DNA of 63,738 bases, the filler included, from Folioceros fuciformis (taxonomy: Eukaryota): NCBI GenBank assembly GCA_049999805.1. It is 26 parts of 26 records of this genome, joined end to end, with 100 filler letters (N's around TTAATTAATTAA, not from the genome) between each part and the next. Parts side by side here need not be neighbours in the genome. Positions count along the whole stretch, not along the records: positions 1 to 3,791 come from JBNGIO010002776.1; positions 3,892 to 6,574 come from JBNGIO010002778.1; positions 6,675 to 10,952 come from JBNGIO010002779.1; positions 11,053 to 14,891 come from JBNGIO010002780.1; 22 more parts are not named here. One strand, written 5' to 3'. Below the pieces are notes generated by a model, which had not been told where the DNA came from, did no database searches, and worked only from the letters and a program-made list of their open reading frames with translations. Each line of letters opens with the position of its first letter. Position 1 is the first letter of the stretch. The translations under genes were made by a program, and so were the position numbers. Shown piece after piece: positions 1 to 11,198 of the stretch.

Positions 1-1501
1 GCATAGATTTCAGCTTCTCTATGTTCACATGCCCAATCCTCTTATGCCATATTTCAACATCACGTATGGCACCTGCATCATTTGCAAACATTGGTGCATT
101 TAGCTCTGGAATGGATGCATCCAGAGTGAACATCCGTCCATTCCTACTACCTTTAGCAATCAGTTTGCGCCCTCTGTCATATTCTTCAATAAAGCATCCA
201 TCTTTAATGAATCGAACCTGCAGATTTTGTTCAGCCATCTGTCCAACAGACAATAGGTTCTTTGTAATGGTTGGAACATGCAACACATCTTGCAGACTCT
301 TCTGCTGACCATTCAGCATCCTAAGAGGAACAATTCCTCTATGCTTTATGTAATGTTGTGTGTCATCTCCTATACACATATGACCATGGGGACCTGCATC
401 CATTTTGTTAAACCACTCGCCATGCGGAGTCATGTGGTTTTATGCTCCTGAATCAATGTACCATCTCCCATCATTCTGCCTATCCTGTTCAGAGAGATGT
501 TGCATGGCAAACAACCTATCCTGGTCATTTCCAGCATTACTAGAGGAGGCATAGTTCCCATGCTGCCTTCCTTTTCCTCTCATGTCTGCTTGCTGCTTAT
601 AGCAGTCCTTAGCAATATGACCAACCTTACCACAGTAGTAACACTCCTTGTCTCTATTGGAATGGTCATGAGATTGAAAAGAACCATCTCTTCCTCTTGT
701 GGCTCTACCTGCACCTCTAAACCTTCCAGATTGTCTCTGGCCTTGCGCATTTCCTCCACGCCAATTATCTTGCTGATTCTGCGTGTTCCGAGCATTACCC
801 CGTCCCCGGAATGAACCACGACCTCTGTGGCCTCTCCCACGCTGGTTAGAAAACAAAACAGTGTCTCTCCCTTGAGATATACCTGAACCTGTGTTCAGAC
901 CAAGCTTAACTTCCTCATGCAGCAACAAAGCAACCAATTCATCCCAACTTGGGAACTCAACTCTCACAGAGATTGATGTGTCAAAGGACTTGTACTCCTT
1001 GCCAAGTCCGTTCAGAGTAACTGCAAAAATGTCATCTTCCGTCACACTTGCACCGATTGTAGCAAGCTGATCAGCTATGGTCTTCACCTCTGTTGTATAC
1101 ACGAGTATGGATCTGCTACCTCGTGACAAGTTGTTGAACTGCTGCTTCAACTGGATTTTCCTAGCATGTGTGACATTTCCATAGTTCCTCATGAGTATGT
1201 CCCATGCATCCTTCGGAGACTCACATCCCGTGATCTGTATGACCATAGCATCTGAAATGCTTAAGGAGAGCCAGTGTAACATTTTACATGCTCTCTCAGT
1301 CCAATGCTTGTGAGCAGTCTTTTGCTCATGTGATGGAGTACGATCCATCTCTGGTTCACTCTCATCACCTGTGCTGAGGTCCCAATAGCCTCTACCTACC
1401 AAGAAGTTCTTCATCCTAAACTTCCACAAAGCAAAATTCTTGTTATCCAACTTCTCTCCCACGACCTGAGAGATATTGTCTGATCCCTGCACATTAGCCA
1501 T
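1..1501 (-). mobile_element. Ty1/copia family A gag-pol 5' part (gag, Zn knuckle, protease, GAG-pre-integrase) with one nonsense mutation
   Basis: ORF 440-1501 has KLDNKNFALWKFRM (copia gag start), CYYCGKVGHIAKDC knuckle and WYIDSGA*NHMT protease motif with TAA in place of Ser. Pre-integrase IWHKRIGH motif is near position 1-60. Confidence 0.93.
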
Positions 1502-1939
1502 GATTCAGGCTCCTTTACGCACCAACACTTGTCCTGCAACTCCCTGCACTGCTGTAGAGCCTCAGCACTCCACAAGCCTCAATCAAATCTCAACAATTCC
1601 TGAATGTGCAGCTGACTCTTCGCTAAGCAAAAACAGCCTTCGCTCAAGCTTCTAAAAAACAAAAAAAAACAAAACACTGTTTGCCAAGTTCAGGCCTTCC
1701 TCCTCGCAAATCCTGGGCCTGCTGTGGCTTCCACGGCCTAGTTGCCTCCAGTAGTTGCTGCTCCTCCTGAGTCTCTCTCCCTCTCGCGCGCTCTTGCGCC
1801 TATAGCGCCTGTTGCGGCTTCCTACGCTGCTGCGCCTCCTGTGCCTCTCAATGGCTTGCGTTGCCAGCCACCTTCACGCTCACGGCCATAGCCTCAAACC
1901 CCCGCCATAGCCACCGGTGGCACCGGCACTCTCTCTCTG

Positions 1940-1951
1940 GCTCTGATACCA
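1940..1951 (-). promoter_or_regulatory. Primer binding site (tRNA-iMet) of copia family A
   Basis: GCTCTGATACCA is the reverse complement of TGGTATCAGAGC and abuts the LTR. Confidence 0.93.
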
Positions 1952-2212
1952 TGTTGAAATAGCACCACAAGCCTAGAAGGACTCCACAGTTCCTTACTTA
2001 TGGTGCACAGGATGCTACATATATAGCCTTCACGCGGGGCAACCCTCGATAAGGTAAGCCTTAGTCTTGCGGGTGCAATATCCTAGTATATCCTGATATA
2101 TCCTGATAACACTTAGGTGATAGATAACTACGAGTTCAATATGGGATAATCTACACTATCCTAAGTGTTGTATGCTCTAAATAACAATTCAGTTAGAGCT
2201 TGATTTCTAACA
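1952..2212 (-). repeat. 5' LTR of copia family A (261 bp)
   Basis: TGTTGAAAT...ATTTCTAACA termini, adjacent PBS, near-identical copy at 46164-46424. Confidence 0.93.
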
Positions 2213-3249
2213 CAACCTACCATAGGAGAGGAAGGGTGGTACGCTTATTCCATGGATAGTAGGGGAATCGATTCAGAGGAGGCAGATGATGAGCGTGACG
2301 AAGTAGTGGATCCGGATAGGGCGGTCTGGATTACGAAAGCTGATGGCAAGGAGATGTTGAAGTCGTTCAAGGTCGTGTCTCCTAACGGTTCTCTGGAAGT
2401 TCAGGGTAGGGACGATGGGGAAGGTTGAGGGGGAGAGCTGCGGGCTATCACTATCCTCTATAAATCCACTCGGGCAAGGCGATGGTGCACGGCGGGTGAA
2501 CACCTAATTGGGCCACAAACCTCCGATAAACCAAAGGTTCAATGCTGGTTCCGACTAGGTGAAAACTGGGCTCTGACCTTCAGACCAGATCTTTACATGT
2601 GGCCCAAGCGTCCGAGGTGCAAGAAGGATATTTCTCGATCTTTCTTCAACTTCCCAACGGCGGACCTGCTCCTCTAGTTGGTACGAGCGCAGAAAGTCAA
2701 GCAAAGACAACCAATAGCGCCCCAACTGCAGCTAGCTAGACGACGACAAAGGGAAGCCATCAAGCTCCTATGGAAGTCCGCAGGAGTCCCACCCAAGGTC
2801 AGGTTTACGATTTGGTGTTTCTTTCAAGCGTGTTTGCCTAATGCGGATCGCTGGGATGGGCTGTTAGTTGCAGCGGGGGAGGATGTGTGTCAACTGTGCA
2901 CCGAGGGGGCTCCGAACAAGAGTCAACACATATTCTTTCACTGTAGTTTTGCTCAAGAGATCTGGAGGGAGGTGGGCAGGTGGCTTCGATTGATCTTTCC
3001 TAGGGCTAACCTTAGGATCACGAGTCAATCAGCCTTATTTGGGCTGGACGCAGCCTCGGGCAAGCCTCTCCTAAAAACCCAATGGTGGGGCTTACTGTGG
3101 TCTTCTTGTCTTTTTCATCTCTGGGTCAACCAGTCCGCGGTGGTTTATGGAGGACAGGAGTCGACCTCGCCGAAAGCTTTGTTATGGCGCATCTGGGAGC
3201 ATTTATTGATAGCAGCAAAAGCTCTGGAGCAATCCCGACGGAAGTAGTT
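2213..3249 (+). mobile_element. L1-type LINE ORF2 C-terminal fragment (zf-RVT)
   Basis: ORF 2678-3247 reads LWKSAGVPPKVRFTIW...CQLC...SQHIFFHCSFAQEIW, the zf-RVT pattern. Confidence 0.85.
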
Positions 3250-3537
3250 TGTAGGGTTATTAAAGCCCAATGTGCTAAGACTAATGTGTTCAGTCTAAGA
3301 TTAGTGTCTAGTTAAGTATCATTAGTTTAGATTAGCTTAAGCTAATCTGTAGAAATCTTCTTGCACAGCTTCCTGTGCTCTTCTTGTGAAGCTTCCTAGG
3401 GAGATCTTCTAGAGGGTATAAATACTCCCTTGAGCTCCCTTGCATATTGAGACCTTTTGTGACAATGTGACCTCTCTTTCTCCTCTCCTCGCCTCCTCCT
3501 CTCGTCTCCTTCACCATGCTCCTCTAGAGATCCTTCA
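3250..3537 (+). repeat. 5' LTR of copia family B, followed by PBS TGGTATCAGAGCC (3540-3552)
   Basis: TGTAGGG...CCTTCA termini, internal TATAAATA, homologous LTRs at 32048-32309 and 45955-46163. Confidence 0.92.
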
Positions 3538-3791
3538 AGTGGTATCAGAGCCTGGTTGTGGAGCTTGGATTGTGGAGCAAGGGTGATAGGCTCGGGTTGT
3601 TGTGCACAAGTGGGCTTCGGAGTGAGTACACTGCTGGGTGCAAGGGTCTCAACGTAGAGGAAGAGCCGAAGCCAGGGACCCGGACACGAACATAGAGGGC
3701 GCAAGGGCACCAGCCCTGCGTGCGGGGATGAGCAGGCCCAAGGCACGGGGTGAGCAGGCCCCGGGCGCGGGGTGAGGGCAGGTGTGAACCT

Positions 3792-3891
3792 NNNNNNNNN
3801 NNNNNNNNNNNNNNNNNNNNNNNNNNNNNNNNNNNTTAATTAATTAANNNNNNNNNNNNNNNNNNNNNNNNNNNNNNNNNNNNNNNNNNNN
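3792..3891. other. Artificial contig linker (N44-TTAATTAATTAA-N44), first of 25
   Basis: Identical 100-bp spacer with stops in all six frames. It starts at 3792, 6575, 10953, 14892, 16637, 19524, 21356, 22712, 24777, 27111, 30494, 36684, 39056, 42326, 44312, 46658, 48176, 49599, 51615, 54029, 55200, 56306, 57893, 59344 and 62446. Adjacency across linkers has no biological meaning. Confidence 0.98.
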
Positions 3892-4403
3892 GGCCGGCCA
3901 TGTCTCATGGCGTCCGGTAAGGTTGTGGGGAGGAGATATCCAAGAGGGGAGTGTGTTCCCTTCTTCCTTTTGTTTGGGGTTAGTCTAGTGACTCTTGCCG
4001 GGTAGGAGGAGTCAGTAGGGAAGTGTACAAGGTAGTGGTGTCGTTGCTGGTTGCTGGTAGTTGCTGGTGTTGGTGCTGGAGTGAGGGAGTGAGTGAAGTG
4101 TGTGAGGGAAGTCGCAGATCTGAGAGGTTAGAGTCGTTGTAGTGACTGGAGTGAGTTTGTGGGCACCGAGAGAGGTGCAGCTGACCGCCGGACAGCGAGG
4201 CCTGTCCTACGCCTGATCGGAGCTGGAGGGGAGCCCTCGAATCCATCATCGAGTTGATCAAGTCCGAGCCTCCATCCACAGCAGCAAGGAACCCCATCGC
4301 TCCTTCGTGGGAACGAAACCCAATGTCTCAACGAAAGTGGGATAAGTGTGGCCACTAAAGGTGGAACCCGTTGGCAATCGGTGCCCGGGGTTTTGCCTCC
4401 ACA
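3892..4403 (-). repeat. High-copy element terminus C (TGTGGAGGCAAAACCCCGGG...), probable LTR end
   Basis: One of 11 copies with the same sharp boundary. Strand gives the reading direction from the TG terminus inward. Confidence 0.88.
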
Positions 4404-4962
4404 CCGACCAGAATAAGTGCCTCTGAGCTGTTGTCCAACTTGTGTCTTCTCTCTGCAGGGATATGGACATAGGCGCGAGATCCAAAGACTCGGAGGTGCA
4501 GAAGGCTGGGCTTCTTGTTCCAGAATACCTCAAAAGGAGTCTTGGTCGGGACAGTACTGGTCACTGCCACTATGGCCTTAGCCCAATAGCCTTGTAATAA
4601 GTTTGCCCATAGTAGCATGCTTCTTGTCATTGAGAGCAGATTTTGGTTCTTGTGTTCTAACACACCCGTCTGTTGTGGTGTGTAGGGCATTGTGAGCTGG
4701 TGTAGGATTCATGGAGCCTGCAAGAGGTTGTTAAAGGATGAATTGACAAATTCAGTGCCGTTGTCAGTTCTGAGGGTCTTCAGAAGCTGTCCTGACTGCC
4801 TCTGGGCTATGGTAAGCCATTCCTTGAAGCAGGCATAGGTGTCACTTTTCAGCTGCATGGGGTAGGCCCACGTGTAGCAGCTACAGTCATCAGTGATTGT
4901 TAGGAAGTAACGAGCACCTCCAAGGGAGGGCTCATGAACTTTGCCTGAGATGTCTGCGTGGA
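4404..4962 (-). mobile_element. Ty1/copia integrase core fragment
   Basis: IHADISG...YFLTITDDCS...LRTDNGTEF...PYTPQQTGV...HLRVFGS motifs; both ends are cut by C insertions. Confidence 0.9.
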
Positions 4963-6223
4963 TGTGAAGGCAAAACCTCGGGCATTGATTGCCGACGGGT
5001 TCCACCTTTAGTGGTCACACTTATCCCACTGTTGTTGAGACATTGGGTTCTGTTCCCACGAAAGAGCGATGGGGTTCCTTGCTGTTGTGGAAGGAGGGTC
5101 GGACTCAATCGACTCGATGATGGATTCGAGGGCTTCCCTCCAGCTCCGATCAGGCGTAGGACAAGCCTCACTATCCAGCAGTCAGCTGCACCTCTCTCGG
5201 TGCCCACAAACTCACTCCAGTCACTACAATGACCCTAACCTCTCAGATTTGCAACTTCCCTCACTCACTTCACTCACTCTCTCGCTCCCGCACCAACACC
5301 AACAACCAACAACGACACCACTACCTTCTATTCTTCCCTACTGACTCCTCCTACCCAGCAAGAGTTACTAGACTAACCCCAAAGAAAAGAAAGAAGGAAA
5401 CACACTCCCCTCTTGGATATCTCCTTCCCACAACCTTACCAAACGCCATGAAACATGGCCGGCCTACAGCACTTGTCCAAATAGGGAACAAGAGTGAACA
5501 GGTTGAGAGAAAGACACATCCTTTACAATCAAGAGCTAGGGGCAAGCCCCTTCACCTTGGTCATTACACCTTGTGATCCTACTAGACACTATACAACCGG
5601 CAACACACGGCTTGCGATCCTACCAGACGTTGCACAGCCAGCAACACACTGCAGGTCCTAAACCAAGCAGGGACAGACCATAAGAGCTCATGAAGAGAGT
5701 ACCTCCAAGAGCTTACGAAGTGACAGACTGACTCCCAAAGTGAATGACTACCTCCTCCTATAGGCTCACCTGATCTTATAGGAGCCTCTCTCTCTCTCTG
5801 ACTTCACCTCTCTCTAACTTGACAAATATTATTTTAATAGGACCACTAGCCTAGCCGGCTGTCACCAGCCACTTATTTAGACTTCTAACACATCCTGTCA
5901 CCAATGAGCTGGCCCTACCACCAAAAGGATCTACCACCTCTTAGACTATCATGAGACTTCGGAGGATGTCTGATCTTCAAAGATCTGCGGACGCCACCTC
6001 TTCCTCCTGGATGGCCGCCCGCTAAGTCTTCCCCTACAACTGTTTACCCTTGGTGGTTGAGCCAGCCTCTAGGGGAGGAGTACGAGTAGTGGGAAAGATA
6101 GAGAGGAGGTAAGAAGCAGTGGGATTAGCAGCCGGAACCTGGCCTAAAAACGGTAGCTTATTCAGCAGAATCAGCATCCAGCCGAAATGGTTCCTCGCCC
6201 ATGGAAGACTAACCCTGGAGTGC
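4963..6223 (+). repeat. Terminus C, longest copy
   Basis: Begins TGTGAAGGCAAAACC and matches 44412-45158 to about 5700. The inner boundary is uncertain; a different LTR-like start TGTAATAGGCCCCG may begin at 6224. Confidence 0.75.
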
Positions 6224-6674
6224 TGTAATAGGCCCCGAACTAGGAGGAAAAGAAAGCAGGTGAAATAGAGTTGAATTGGAATTTTTGGAATTAAATCCAG
6301 AAAAATAGGGATGAAAATAGAAAAGGGAAAATTAGGAAAATAAAAATAAAAGAAATATGGGAATACGTATATGGTATATATATCAATACATAATAAATAT
6401 ATATCTAAAATGTATAAAATATAAAAAAGGGTATACGTATATAGTCCCTATAACATTAAACTAGGGGACTAAGAACAGGGGAGGGATTTAGCGCGATGGA
6501 GAAGGAGGAGCGGGGAGGCAAGGGAGAAAGCGGGGCAGAATGGGAGCATGGGAGTGGGTAGAGCGGGCAGATCCNNNNNNNNNNNNNNNNNNNNNNNNNN
6601 NNNNNNNNNNNNNNNNNNTTAATTAATTAANNNNNNNNNNNNNNNNNNNNNNNNNNNNNNNNNNNNNNNNNNNN

Positions 6675-6975
6675 TCCACAACTAGCTAGCCCCCTTCCCT
6701 ACTCATTTCTATTCCTTATTTGCAAAAAAGGGGGGGGTATATACAACCTCCTAAATGCCCCCGAACCACCAAGGCCCAAGGACACCCTCACTCACTCACT
6801 TCCAGATCGTGGTCTTCGGTATCCCAAACACCCCAAGACCAAGGCCATTTTTGGGTATGAATACCCCCATCTTATTCACATACTAAGCCGATTCGCTCGT
6901 TCCTTCACACAAAAAATCGCAGCTTGCTCATTCTATCACTCAAAATGAGAGTGTCGAAAGTTTTTTTCCTCTACA
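6675..6975 (-). repeat. Element terminus E (...TTTTTTTCCTCTACA)
   Basis: Near-identical to 42426-42637 with the same boundary; diverged relative at 37262. Confidence 0.85.
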
Positions 6976-8444
6976 GCAGGATTAGGAGTTGTTCCATCAA
7001 CATACTCCTAGACATCTCTGGCATTCAGGTTAGCCTTCATCGGAGCACGCCAGCTCTTAAATTGGGACTGTTTCCCATCAAAACGATCTTTCTCTTTAAA
7101 TTCACCAGTGTATGATGATCCTGCTCCTGTAGTGCCCATGGTGACAACAAAAGTAACAGGGATGATGGGTAGTGGTGGATTTGAATACAGCCAAGAGAGG
7201 AGATCTATGTCGGAGTCCTTGTTACTGTCTGAAGACATAACATGCTCTATTAGCTGTTAACAAAGACTCTAAATGCAAAGGGACACGAGCCCATAACTGA
7301 AAAGGTAAGAAACATTAGTTCTAGGGTTGATCAGGTTGAAAATTGAAGCGTAACCCTCAACCTGAACTAACAACCGTTCGTTGGCTAGCCAGGTATGAGA
7401 AGGTGCAAAGACAGGCAACGTTTAGAGCCAGCACGAGCAAATTTGACACCTGGAGATGTCTACCAATAGGAGCTAGAGAAGGCGCAACTGTTGCGAGTTC
7501 TGTCCTCAGCGAATCGATGTCTCGCACAACTAGGATGTCTCTTGAAATATGCCACCAGAAAAACTCACAGAATAGCAATGCTGAGAGTCTAAAACTGTGA
7601 GTATCTTACTTCTGCAGAAATCACTGTTGATGTGGGCCATCATGCTCCTTTATTGGAGCCATGGTGATCGGTGTCAGCATGGGCAGGTAAAGTGCAAAAC
7701 GTGAAGATTCAGCAAAATTATCAGTCTGTCAATGAGCAACGCAACTCTAAGGCCGAGAGTAGAGTGCTCTCGCAGCATCAAGACCTGTAAGTCCCTCAAC
7801 CTAACCTCAAGCCCTGGATAGCATTGATCGTGCATGAAATCCTTATCAGTTAAATTTTGATACACTCTTCCCTTATTTTGCTGTAGCTGACGGTTATTGG
7901 TATGGTTTGTGCAGCAACGCAGATTGAAGGGCACACCCAAACTGCTTGAATGGGTGGGACAATCTAGTCTAGAGTTATCTCGTGGTGCTTCAGGAACTGT
8001 ATCTCCTACAAGCGACACACGAAACCTATTTCTAGATCTACGTGTCATCTCTGCTGCTCAGTGTAGACCTACGTGCAGTCTGACAATAGGTAGACTACTA
8101 ATGCTGAACATGTGATGAAAAATAGAAAAGTTGACATAGCCTAGTGTGCAGATAAGCTGCACCCATAGTTACATTGAACAACCCTTCTTCACCAAAGGGT
8201 TCAACATGAAAGCTGGTCATCAACCTATAGATAGCCTAGGTATCTTAAAAGAGCAGCATGGATCGAAGAGCCTAAGTGCTCTGATACCATGTTTGTTTAT
8301 CAATGCAAGTATTGGACAGAAAGGCAAAATATGCTGTTGTAATAAAAGTGTACAAAACAAATTGTGTAAAGTACTTTGTTAGTTTGGGTATCCTGAAAGG
8401 GTGTGACCCTTGGTTATTTCTAACCTAAGTAGGTTAAACTAACA
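6976..8444 (-). mobile_element. Ty1/copia 5' end: 155-bp LTR (8290-8444), PBS (8278-8289), ~1.1-kb leader, gag start
   Basis: LTR TGTTTGTTTA...TAAACTAACA has 10-bp imperfect terminal inverted repeats; GCTCTGATACCA PBS; gag-like start MGTTGAG...RFDGKQSQFKSWRAPMKANLNARDV near 7140. Confidence 0.8.
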
Positions 8445-9124
8445 GCGTTATGCACGATTGCAAACGAGATCACCATGAGACTGCCCCTCTAGTGCACATG
8501 AAGACATAACCTGATGTGGACCTCCTTTTGTCCATATCCCCTACATAATCAGCATCCGTATATCCCACGATAGATGCATCTTCACTACCAAAACATAAGC
8601 ACAAAGCTTTTGTACCATTCAAGTACCTCATAACTCCTTTCACTGCCTCCCAATGCTTCCTGCCAGGGTTTGACATAAACCTGCTAACCACTCCCACTGC
8701 AAAGGCAATGTCAGGACGTGTAGCAATCATTGCATACATCAAACTCCCTACAGCTGATGAGTATGGAACCTTCTCCATTTCAGTTTTGTCCTCCACAGAG
8801 CTTGGGCAATCCTTGCTTGAAAGTTTCACATATGGAGGCAACGGAGTACTCAATACCATCCCCTTCTCCATATTGAAACGTTGAAGCACCTTGTTCATGT
8901 ATTCAATCTGAGACAAGTAAAGCAAACGTTCTGGCTGTCTCGACGAATACGCATGCCAAAAATATGGCTTGCCTCTCCCAAGTCTATCATGTCAAAGCGA
9001 GCATTCAACTTTGACTTCAACGCTGAAATCTCATCACTGTTAGTCCCAGCAATTAGCATATCATTCACATAAAGGACCAAAATGAGCAAGCTTCCATTCT
9101 TAGCTTGCTTCATATAGAGGCTAT
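8445..9124 (-). mobile_element. Copia family B RT/RNase H fragment
   Basis: LVLYVNDMLIAG, PYSSAVGSLMYAMIATRPDIAFAVG and GYTDADYVGD motifs. Confidence 0.92.
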
Positions 9125-10599
9125 GTGTTGTCAAAACGTTATCAAGCAGCTTTCAAGAACCAATCTCCTCACAGAGCTTCCGATGTTCTTGCTAAACCAC
9201 TATCTCAGCCTTCAATTGGTGGTGGTGGCAGATATTTCCTCACATTCACTCATGACAAAACTAGGTGTGTCATGGCCTACATCTTACAAGCCAAGAGTGA
9301 GTGTTTCTCTCTGTTCAAAGACTATATGAAATATACAGAGAGATGGACTGGCAAACAACTAAAAACCCTTCGATCTGACAATGGTGGAGAATTCACATCT
9401 AATGAATTCCAGGCCTATTGTGTTGCTAAGGGAATTGGTAGACAACTTACAGTTTTTTACACACCACAGCAAAATGGTGTTGCTGAGCACTTGAATCAGA
9501 CTTTGCAGGAAATGGTTTCCTCTATGTTACATCACACCTCTCTGCCACTTCCGTATTGGGCTGAGGCCCTTATGATAGCTATGTACTTGCGTAACAGGCT
9601 GCCTACCACTGCCATTGTGGGGCAAACCCCCCATGAAGACTTCTTTGGCAGAAAACCAGCCATCTTGCATCTTCGCACCTTTGGTTGCCTTGCTTATGCT
9701 TTTGTTCCTAAAGCAAAGCGCACCAAGTTAGCTGCTAAAGCTAAGAAATATCTCATGATAGGCTATACTGAAGGTATTAAAGCATATAAATTATATGATG
9801 TACCTTAGAATCAGGTGGCTTATGCCCGCAGCATGACTTTTGATGAAACATGTTTCTGGCAGCTAGTGGGAGCACTTCCCACCTCCCAAGAGGGTTTTGA
9901 CTTGTCTGCTCTTTCTAACATCATAGTTTTTCCCGACCTTCCACATGAGGAGTTTGCTCTTGCAGGGGGGAAAGATAATCAGCAAAATGATGGACAGGGT
10001 GTAGAGCAGGCAGATAAATTAGCAGTACCTGATTTGCTGCTAACTTACAGGATCCACCTCCTCATGTTGTTGTTGATCCTGAACCCCTTGTTCCTGATGA
10101 CGATGATGGTCCTGATCCAGATCCAGATCTTGACCCCGATGATGAGGATATACCTGACCCCGTGCACCGTTATCCAGCAAGAGAAAGACGAGCACTAGAC
10201 TATTATCAGTCTCAAGATTTCGGGATAGCCTTTGTACAAGCTATTGCTCTTGATCCCGTAGAGCCTCAGTCTTATGAAGAAGCCTTGAGTAGCCTCGATA
10301 TTGCAGAATAGAAAAAGGCTATTCAGTCTGAATATGATTCATTGATAAAAAATGGAACATGGGAATTAGCAAAGTTACCCCCTGAACGCAAGCCGGTATC
10401 TTGCAAGTGGGTTTTTAAACTGAAGGTTAAAGCATATGGTATTTTTGATCGCTATAAAGCTCGGCTAGTTGCCCGAGGCTTCTCTCAAGTGCCAGGTCTA
10501 GACTATCTAGAAACATATGCTCTTGTTATGAAGCTGGCTACCTTTAGCACTATCTGTGCACTTGCAGCACACTTTGATTATGAGTTAGATATGTTTGAT
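9125..10599 (+). mobile_element. Ty1/copia integrase to RT fragment, degenerate
   Basis: LRSDNGGEF, YTPQQNGVAE, HLRTFGC, then NGTWEL...CKWVFK...[13 protein letters not shown]. Confidence 0.92.
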
Positions 10600-10952
10600 T
10601 GTGAACCTCCAAAGTTTGGGGCAGTATTTTGTTTTGGTTGAAAAAGGGTTAATAGTGGTATGGTTTGGTTTTCTTTTTCAACTTATTTTCCCTAATTTTC
10701 CTTTATTTTCTGGTTATTTTTCCTATTTTTCTTTGTGCTAATTAGGTTAATTGACTAGGAAATAGTTGGTTTGGTTATAAGAGTGGGTATAGGTTTGGTC
10801 CTAGACCTGGGAAGGTTTAGGTTCGGTACCAGGCCATAGGGTTGGGTGATTAGTTTAATATTAATTAAAGATATAGAATACTAAATGATTAAAGAATAAA
10901 AATAACCCTAAATAATAAAATAAAATAAAATAAGGGTTTGAACATAGGAACG
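10600..10952 (+). repeat. High-copy element terminus D (TGTGAACCTCCAAAGTTTGGGG...), probable LTR end
   Basis: Same boundary at 21141, 36944 (-), 44154, 62586 (-) and probably 3783. Confidence 0.87.
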
Positions 10953-11198
10953 NNNNNNNNNNNNNNNNNNNNNNNNNNNNNNNNNNNNNNNNNNNNTTAA
11001 TTAATTAANNNNNNNNNNNNNNNNNNNNNNNNNNNNNNNNNNNNNNNNNNNNTACAATACCTTTTTGCCTAACATAACAAAGTCTAATAAGCTATATATA
11101 TATATTAATCATAACCTTAATCACTCTTACCACTAATTAGTACAAACTCAATGAGTTGGATTAGCACTAATTAATCTCAACGTTAATCATGCTTAACA

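Noticed and set aside
440-442. Programmed stop read-through between gag and pol
   Set aside because: The TAA replaces Ser inside the DSGASNHM protease motif (TCA>TAA), so a nonsense mutation is simpler.
3980-4355. Recurring small ORFs (MGFLAAVDGG..., MATLIPLSLRHW...) as a gene family
   Set aside because: They are translations of the repeated C terminus; starts and stops vary between copies.
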